A stretch of 64,000 bases of DNA from Candidatus Latescibacterota bacterium (GTDB taxonomy: Bacteria; Latescibacterota; UBA2968), in the NCBI GenBank assembly GCA_965222605.1, contig OZ244960.1, positions 4,416,001-4,480,000 of the forward strand. The letters are read 5' to 3'. A program made the translations under genes and the position numbers. The notes below the pieces were generated by a model, which saw only the letters and a program-made list of their open reading frames with translations, ran no database searches and had not been told where the DNA came from. Position 1 is the first letter of the stretch. The number at the start of each line of letters is the position of its first letter. Below are positions 57,764-64,000 of this stretch, in pieces.

Positions 57764-58859
57764 ATGTGAGGCCCCTAAAATGCATGCCCGGCAGTTGTTC
57801 GACACTGCCCTTGATTTCGAGACTCAAGAGGATGTTGAGGGTTTCTCCAGAAGAGAATCCCGCGGTTTTGGCGAGGGTGTCAATATGTACCGGGTTCGCA
57901 TCGGCAGACAGGTTGGCAAGGGCGTCCCATACGCGTTGTTCTCGGTCGGATAGCGCAGGTTGCTCAGAAGGTTGAGCGGGGAGTGCTGACCGATGTTCAA
58001 TTTCATTCAAGATGTCTTGCGTCGTCTGCACGAGAATGGCTCCCTGGCTGAGAAGGCCATTTGTGCCCTGACTTTTGCCCGAGTAAATTGGACCGGGTAC
58101 GGCAAAGACATCGCGGTTCTGGTCAAGTGCAAATTGGGCAGTGATGAGTGCGCCGCTCTGTTTGCCCGCTTCAACAACGACTGTGCCGAGGCTTAAGCCA
58201 CTGATAATGCGGTTGCGTCTTGGAAAGTTGTGGGCTTCTGGGGGAGTGCCCAGAGGAAATTCTGAGAAAACCACACCGCGTTCACATATTTGTTCAAATA
58301 GGGTGCGATTTTCAGGTGGATAGGGGCAATCTAAACCGCTGCCAAGCACTGCTGCTGTTGCGCCGTGTTCGAGTGCCCCTCGGTGTGCATGGGTGTCTAT
58401 GCCAACAGCCATGCCGCTGACCACTGTGATCCCCGCTCTGGCGAGATCTCTTCCCAGGCGATGCGCGGTCTCTCGTCCATAAGCCGTGAAAGAGCGCGAA
58501 CCGACGATGCTGATGGTGGGGCTGTGACACAGGCTTATATCGCCTTTTGCAAAGAGCAGAGGTGGCGGGGCGTAGATTTGGGATAGAATTTCGGGGTAGA
58601 GGGGATCGGTGAGCGTGCAGATTTGGATGTCGAGGTCTTTTGCGCGTGCGACTTGGTCCCGCGCCCATGCCCAGTCCCGATTGGTAGAGATAGATTGCGC
58701 GGTACTGGGACCAATGCCGGGGATCTCGCACAGTGCTCTGGGAGATTGGGAGAGAATATTTTCCGGCGTTTCAAAATGCTCGAGAAGAGCGCAATAGGCA
58801 GCGGGTCCCAGGCCTGGTACTGCGTAGAGTACCAGCCAGGGTAGAGCGTGATCGCACAT
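57762..58859 (-). CDS. dprA: DNA-processing protein DprA
   Basis: IVGSR, VVSGMAVGID..AH, FPRRNRIISGLS, VVEA...SGALITA, VFAVPG. Confidence 0.95.
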   Translation of the reverse strand: MCDHALPWLVLYAVPGLGPAAYCALLEHFETPENILSQSPRALCEIPGIGPSTAQSISTNRDWAWARDQVARAKDLDIQICTLTDPLYPEILSQIYAPPPLLFAKGDISLCHSPTISIVGSRSFTAYGRETAHRLGRDLARAGITVVSGMAVGIDTHAHRGALEHGATAAVLGSGLDCPYPPENRTLFEQICERGVVFSEFPLGTPPEAHNFPRRNRIISGLSLGTVVVEAGKQSGALITAQFALDQNRDVFAVPGPIYSGKSQGTNGLLSQGAILVQTTQDILNEIEHRSALPAQPSEQPALSDREQRVWDALANLSADANPVHIDTLAKTAGFSSGETLNILLSLEIKGSVEQLPGMHFRGLT

Positions 58860-59065
58860 AATGCCTCGTTTGAGATGAACGTTTTTAGAAACATATAAAG
58901 CAATGATTATGCCAGAAAAAAAGCCCGTAAAATGGGCTTTTTTTCTGTTTGATGTGAAACTTTTGTTCATAAGGCGGCTGATTGCATGAAATATTTGAAA
59001 GCGGTAAGAGGTGAGACGTTAAACGTGAGAGGGGCTACCCAGCCCCAGTCTCCAGTTCCTGCCTC

Positions 59066-60556
59066 TCACTTCTCGCCTCTCGACACTGAATATCCGGGAA
59101 TATCGTAGAGAGGAACTGCCCATCCCGCATCCTGAATTAACAAATTTGCATCCACGCTTTTGGGTTCAGCAATCGCGCCAAAGTCTTTCCATTGGTCGCC
59201 ATCCAGAGGTTCGGTATAGCCTTCGTTTTGGAAAAAGCCAATTAGATTTTCGCGCATTGTTTTTATCTCTGAGGCGTACAGGACATTGTACGCACAGTTG
59301 CGCGTTTCCTCTGCATCCACGCGGTGATCGAGCAGGTATTCCTTTTGATCGCCCGCCGAATAGATGTATTTCAAATTGCCATCATAAGCCATGTACATAC
59401 CGCGTTGTCCGCGCTGAATCTGACCGTAAATCATTCGCTCTTGCCCATTGCCGACGAGATCTGCCATGTCCAGGCCGTCTAAATCTGCGTTGTGACGAGA
59501 AATACTTGCGGCGCCCAAAAAGGTTGGTATCAGGTCCATCAATCCACACGGTGTTTCTTCTTCAACACCGCAAGGGAAGCGCTCGGGATAGCGCACCAGC
59601 ATGGGCACTCGGGCTGCTGCATCGAGAAAGCTGCGCTTGCCAAAACAGTTGTAATCCCCCAGTAGTTCACCGTGATCCGATGACCAGGCAATAAGAGTAT
59701 TGTCCAGTTCGCCCTGTTGCTCGAGTTCGTCAATGATCCGGCCCACGCTGTAATCGATAAACGATATGCACGCCCAGTAATACCCGCGCATGACCTGCAA
59801 CATGCGATTATCCAATCCCGCATCGCGGTACTTGTATCGGTTCTGATGGCGGTTGAAATGCGTCCACAGATCTTCCATGTTATCGGGGCGTTTGGGAATG
59901 GGCATCAGGGAACCGCGATAGAGTTTGTTCCAGGGCGTTGGCGGTGAAAAGGGTGGGTGCGGATGGATAAAACTCGACCACAGGAAAAATGGTTTGGATG
60001 TGTCGCGGTTTTTCAGAAAGTCAATGCTGCGGTCTGCGACCCAGGCCGTTGGATGGTGGCGTGCGGGAAGTTGCGAAATTTGCGGGATATAATACATTTC
60101 TCCTCTTGCGCCCATCGGATCGTGTACATGGTCAAATCCCTGTGCGTGCAGATATTTTAGATAATCGTCTGTATCAGCAGCGCCCGAAAGTTCCTCCTGT
60201 ACATCTCGTGCGTGAAACCCTCGCAGTCCTCTTCGATCACCCGTAAAGTGCATTTTGCCCACCCCGTGGCAAGAATACCCGCCCTGTGCGAGAAGATCTA
60301 TCAGCGACGGGCGATCTATCGGTTGTGGAAACCCATTGTCAAAGCACCCATTTTTGTGCGGATACTGCCCGGTAATAATGGATGCACGCGCGGATACACA
60401 AACGGGTGATGGGGTGTATCCCCTGGTAAAATTCACCCCTTCATGACACAATCGATCCATCACTGGTGTGCGAATATGCGGATTGCCAGCCGCATGAATG
60501 GTATCCCAGCGTTGCTGGTCGGTCAATACGAACAGAATATTGGGTTGTTTGGGCAT
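59066..60556 (-). CDS. Sulfatase (Cys-type)
   Basis: PNILF..TDQQR, CVSARAS.ITG, GKMH, SDHG. Confidence 0.92.
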   Translation of the reverse strand: MPKQPNILFVLTDQQRWDTIHAAGNPHIRTPVMDRLCHEGVNFTRGYTPSPVCVSARASIITGQYPHKNGCFDNGFPQPIDRPSLIDLLAQGGYSCHGVGKMHFTGDRRGLRGFHARDVQEELSGAADTDDYLKYLHAQGFDHVHDPMGARGEMYYIPQISQLPARHHPTAWVADRSIDFLKNRDTSKPFFLWSSFIHPHPPFSPPTPWNKLYRGSLMPIPKRPDNMEDLWTHFNRHQNRYKYRDAGLDNRMLQVMRGYYWACISFIDYSVGRIIDELEQQGELDNTLIAWSSDHGELLGDYNCFGKRSFLDAAARVPMLVRYPERFPCGVEEETPCGLMDLIPTFLGAASISRHNADLDGLDMADLVGNGQERMIYGQIQRGQRGMYMAYDGNLKYIYSAGDQKEYLLDHRVDAEETRNCAYNVLYASEIKTMRENLIGFFQNEGYTEPLDGDQWKDFGAIAEPKSVDANLLIQDAGWAVPLYDIPGYSVSRGEK

Positions 60557-60767
60557 TCTTTACTCCTCCCCACAATAAAGTTGAACCGCGCATTGTCTTT
60601 TTCAGGTAAGAATTTCATTTAATGAATTAAGAATTAAAAATTGAGAGTACAACTGCATAGCAGTTATACGCTGTTCCACAATATAAATGTGCAATGCTTC
60701 TTGACAATCGAAAAACTCGTTTCTATATCTTAGTTACAGATCAACTTTTCAGTACAAGGAGAATTCT

Positions 60768-61238
60768 ATGTCCAAAATTATTTATCTCGCCAGTCCCTAC
60801 GGTTTTTCGTCTCAACAGAAACAGAAACTTTTGCCCGAGTTTGTTCATGTGCTCGAGTCTCTCGGCGCGGAAGTGTGGGAACCCTTTGAACGCAATAACC
60901 AGATTGATAAGGCACAGCCCGGATGGGCGTATCAAATTGGGCAGGCAGATGTGCGCGATGTCAAAGAATCAGACGCGATATTTGCCATTGTCAATGGCAC
61001 GCCACCCGATGAAGGCGTGATGGTTGAGCTTGGCGTTGCCATTGCTTTGGGCAAAAAGACCTTTCTCTTTCGAGACGATTTCCGCCGCTGTACCGATTCA
61101 GAAGACTATGCCCTCAATCTCATGCTTTTTACGGGCCTGCCAGAACACGGCTGGGAAGATTATTATTACACCTCTTTGAATGAAATTGCCGATCCGGATA
61201 AAGCTCTGGTGCGCTGGCTAAATGGAGAGATGGATTGA
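60768..61238 (+). CDS. Nucleoside 2-deoxyribosyltransferase family protein
   Basis: IYLASPYGF, PDEGVMVELG.A.A..K, NLM. Confidence 0.88.
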   Translation: MSKIIYLASPYGFSSQQKQKLLPEFVHVLESLGAEVWEPFERNNQIDKAQPGWAYQIGQADVRDVKESDAIFAIVNGTPPDEGVMVELGVAIALGKKTFLFRDDFRRCTDSEDYALNLMLFTGLPEHGWEDYYYTSLNEIADPDKALVRWLNGEMD

Positions 61239-61309
61239 CAGACCTTTTATTCCTGAGTATTATATTTTATTGACGATCATCATTTCACCCAAACAAAACA
61301 GGTTCAGGT

Positions 61310-61858
61310 ATGGCCCTACAAACCGTTGCCACCATGACAGCAGATGAGCTTCTGGTGATGCCGCACAATGGCTATCGCTATGAACTCATAAAGGGAGAAT
61401 TGCGCCAGATGGCTCCAGCGGGAAGTCAGCACGGACGAATTGCAGCAACAATCGGTATCCGCCTTGGATTATTTGTCGAAAACAATGACCTTGGCACAAC
61501 TTATGCCGCCGAAACCGGATTTATTATCGACACTGCGCCCGATACGGTGCGCGCATCCGATGCGAGTTTTGTGTCGAAAGAACGTGCGGAAGCCATAGAC
61601 GAAGAAGGGTTCTTCCCCGGCGCACCCGACCTCGCCGTTGAAGTCGTCTCGCCAAATGATCGCGCATCCGAAGTGACAGAAAAAGCATTTAATTGGTTGG
61701 AGGCAGGTGCGAAGATGGTTATTGTACTCGATCCCAAAACGCGTACAGCAACCGTCTATCGCGGGTTCGATGATGTTCGCGTTCTCACAGAGGACGATAC
61801 AATTGACGGTGGCGATGTCGTGCCCAGGTGGCAATTGCCACTTGCAGATGTATTTTAA
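61310..61858 (+). CDS. Uma2 family endonuclease
   Basis: YELIKGEL, H, DASFVS, APDLAVEVVSP. Confidence 0.9.
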   Translation: MALQTVATMTADELLVMPHNGYRYELIKGELRQMAPAGSQHGRIAATIGIRLGLFVENNDLGTTYAAETGFIIDTAPDTVRASDASFVSKERAEAIDEEGFFPGAPDLAVEVVSPNDRASEVTEKAFNWLEAGAKMVIVLDPKTRTATVYRGFDDVRVLTEDDTIDGGDVVPRWQLPLADVF

Positions 61859-61892
61859 AAAAAGGGGCAACCAGAAAAGGTCGCCCCTTTTT
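61857..61892. terminator. Bidirectional terminator
   Basis: aaaaaaggggcaacc-agaaaa-ggtcgcccctttt. Confidence 0.7.
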
Positions 61893-61911
61893 AATATCTA
61901 TTTGCTGTGTC

Positions 61912-63273
61912 TTACCGTGCCGCCTCTATGGCCTCGGCTTTCATCTTTTCCCTCTCCACATCGTCTTGCCATCGCGCTTGTATATCTTCGCCCAAACGCC
62001 AGAGTGGATCAAAATAAAAGAAAAATGTATCGGGTTTTACGACGGGACTGATATAAACGGCGATTCCGGTTTCCCTGTTGTAATATTCATAAGAGTGCGC
62101 GTCTCGTTTTCCGCCGCCGCCCAATGTATCTACGATAAATGTGGGCATGTTGAACCCGGATGTGGTGCCGCGTATGGCTTTTTCAATGGCGATTCCATCG
62201 TCGAGTGTTGTTCGCAGATCTTCAACGCCGCGTACGAGGTCGTGAAAATACACATAATAGGGTTGCACGTTTAAGTAACTCAACCGCTTGACCAGAAGCC
62301 TCATTGTCTCGGCACTGTTATTCACACCGCTTTGAAGTACTGCCTGGTTGCGTATTGTTATTCCGCGCGATTGTAGCCGATTAAGCCCGTCCTGTGTAAT
62401 GCCGGTGATTTCGGCAGGGTGATTAAAATGGGTATGTAGCACCACTTCTTTGTGTATTTTTCGCCCGCGATCCACCACGCGCGTCAGCGCATCTACCCAG
62501 GCATCATCTGTGACGAGTTTTTGAGGCATGACCGCCGGGCCTTTGGTCGCAAAGCGAAATCGCCGAATGTGGTCAATATCCAGCAGGCGATTGCCCAATT
62601 CTTCGAGTTGATCGGCTTTGAGCTGATACATGTCGCCGCCGCTGACCACTACGTCTTCCACTTCTGGGCGCGATTGAATATACTCAATCGCATTGTCCCA
62701 TCGCGCGCGATTGACCCGAAGATTTACCTTTTCCACATCTTCTGTATCCAGCCCCACGGCATAGCTGCGGGTGCAAAATCGACAATATACGGGACAGGTG
62801 TCCAGTACGAGGAATAACACGCGGTCTGGATAGCGATGTGTCAATCCCGCAACGGGGGCATCCCCCAATTCATTGAGCGAATCGAGGTGCAGTTCGGGGT
62901 GATCGTGTTCTTGCTCGCATCTGAGAGACAAAAATTGTTTGCGGAGCGGGTCGCGATACGGGTCATCCCAATTGATCAAGCTCAAGATATACGGCGAAAT
63001 CCGCACGCTCATGGGCGCGTGTTGCAGGCCCGCTGCGACCTCTTGATAAAAGTCATTGGATACCCGATTCTCAAGGACTCGCATCAATTTACCGACACTG
63101 GTTATTGAATGGCGCATCTGAAAGATGTGCGAGTGAAAGGTGTGCGCGTCTATGTCTGCAAATGCGGGAATGTGTCGCCAAAATTCGTCCCGGCGCAACT
63201 CGCGATGCACGAGAGCCTCGGGATCGACGGGCGGTTTTGTGCGGGGGGCATAAACTTCTTCGATAACGTCCAT
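61912..63273 (-). CDS. KamA family radical SAM protein (lysine 2,3-aminomutase-like)
   Basis: HRYPDRVL, CPVYCRFCTR, SGGD, HFNHP.EI, NQAVL, GGGGK. Confidence 0.9.
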   Translation of the reverse strand: MDVIEEVYAPRTKPPVDPEALVHRELRRDEFWRHIPAFADIDAHTFHSHIFQMRHSITSVGKLMRVLENRVSNDFYQEVAAGLQHAPMSVRISPYILSLINWDDPYRDPLRKQFLSLRCEQEHDHPELHLDSLNELGDAPVAGLTHRYPDRVLFLVLDTCPVYCRFCTRSYAVGLDTEDVEKVNLRVNRARWDNAIEYIQSRPEVEDVVVSGGDMYQLKADQLEELGNRLLDIDHIRRFRFATKGPAVMPQKLVTDDAWVDALTRVVDRGRKIHKEVVLHTHFNHPAEITGITQDGLNRLQSRGITIRNQAVLQSGVNNSAETMRLLVKRLSYLNVQPYYVYFHDLVRGVEDLRTTLDDGIAIEKAIRGTTSGFNMPTFIVDTLGGGGKRDAHSYEYYNRETGIAVYISPVVKPDTFFFYFDPLWRLGEDIQARWQDDVEREKMKAEAIEAAR

Positions 63274-63468
63274 CTTTCTGCCTTTTTAAGTTAAATGCAA
63301 AGTAAGGTATGGCTACGCCTGCCTACAGCCTGCGCCTGTGCACAGGCTATCTATAATACACCCACAGTATATGTCTGTCAAGTCTGGGCGCGGACAAAAA
63401 CCTTGTTCAACCTGTTTGTTTATTTTACTTTAGGAAATCCATTACCATCATTCTGAACGGAATTTTCC

Positions 63469-64000
63469 ATGCCAAAACGCGCGTTTATTATCCTCATTCT
63501 GGGTTTTACTGTTTTTGCAGCTTTTGTTGGGCTGAGGCTGCTCTCGGTGATTTATACCGATTATCTCTGGTTTTTAGAACTCGGCTTTCACAATGCATTT
63601 ATCACCATTATACGCACTAAGACCCTCGCCCTTTTCGCATTTGGAAGTGTTTTTGCACTGATTTGCGGTATTAGTATTGCCGCTGCCCGGCGCTATGGAC
63701 AGCCCACGCGCATCATGGCGCTTGAGGTTATTATCGATGGCGATATTTCCATACCGCCTGATCACTCCCTCCGACAGCGCTACGCCTGGATCGGGATTGT
63801 TGCGCTGTTGTCCTTTTTTATGGGTGTTGCGGGCACCTCGGCCTGGTCAGTTGTTCTCAAATACGCCAATCCCACTTCTTTTGACCTGGCCGATCCCATA
63901 TTTGGGCACGACATAGGATTTTATGTTTTTAGCCTGCCGCTGTACAATTTTCTGCAGGGTTGGTTTATTTCTGCAATTATTGTGACGGGGATTGCTACGG
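63469..64000 (+). CDS. UPF0182 family membrane protein (partial, runs off the edge)
   Basis: YTDYLWF.ELG and F...DPIFGHDIGFYVFSLP motifs. Confidence 0.88.
   Translation, partial: MPKRAFIILILGFTVFAAFVGLRLLSVIYTDYLWFLELGFHNAFITIIRTKTLALFAFGSVFALICGISIAAARRYGQPTRIMALEVIIDGDISIPPDHSLRQRYAWIGIVALLSFFMGVAGTSAWSVVLKYANPTSFDLADPIFGHDIGFYVFSLPLYNFLQGWFISAIIVTGIAT

Noticed and set aside
59005-59082. Short gtgaga/tctcac inverted tracts after the sulfatase, and 7-mer AT repeats near 60620-60645
   Set aside because: Too short and degenerate to call; probably a terminator-like hairpin or low-complexity DNA.
63334-63347. Palindrome gcctgtgcacaggc between kamA and UPF0182
   Set aside because: Single occurrence, and its spacing does not fit the LexA-like motif.

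Overview
Bacterial chromosomal window, probably from the FCB group or a Latescibacterota-like lineage. This is inferred from the porX-like/tsaE synteny and a Fibrobacter-type LexA-like box. Both flanks are ordinary backbone. The left flank carries rpsU, a histidine kinase with a PglZ-domain response regulator, tsaE and catabolic enzymes. The right flank carries ogg, an ABC-2 exporter, the complete suf operon with Rrf2 and NfuA, lexA, dprA, a sulfatase, kamA and UPF0182. Between them (~13.1-39.8 kb) lies a visibly AT-richer defence island anchored on a type I restriction-modification locus: hsdR, a repeat-flanked GxxExxY gene, and an hsdM-S fusion split by an IS1380-family element with a TTAA target duplication. 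The main unexplained structure is that the island reads as about four tandem units. Each unit has a piece of a DUF5131 (Gp37/Gp68) gene toward its left side and a copy of the last ~15-25 codons of hsdS at its right side. Remnants of higBA and of a small helical gene also recur. Each recurring anchor is followed by a different cargo gene: Fic, a C5-MTase with a GHKL-ATPase restriction enzyme, HNH, a TcmP fusion, HEPN-like proteins, an ABC-ATPase-TOPRIM, a membrane protein and a DUF6236-like protein. No integrase or recombinase gene is visible. The DUF5131 promoters carry a motif resembling the putative operator in the lexA promoter. All family calls come from motif recognition by eye, not database searches.
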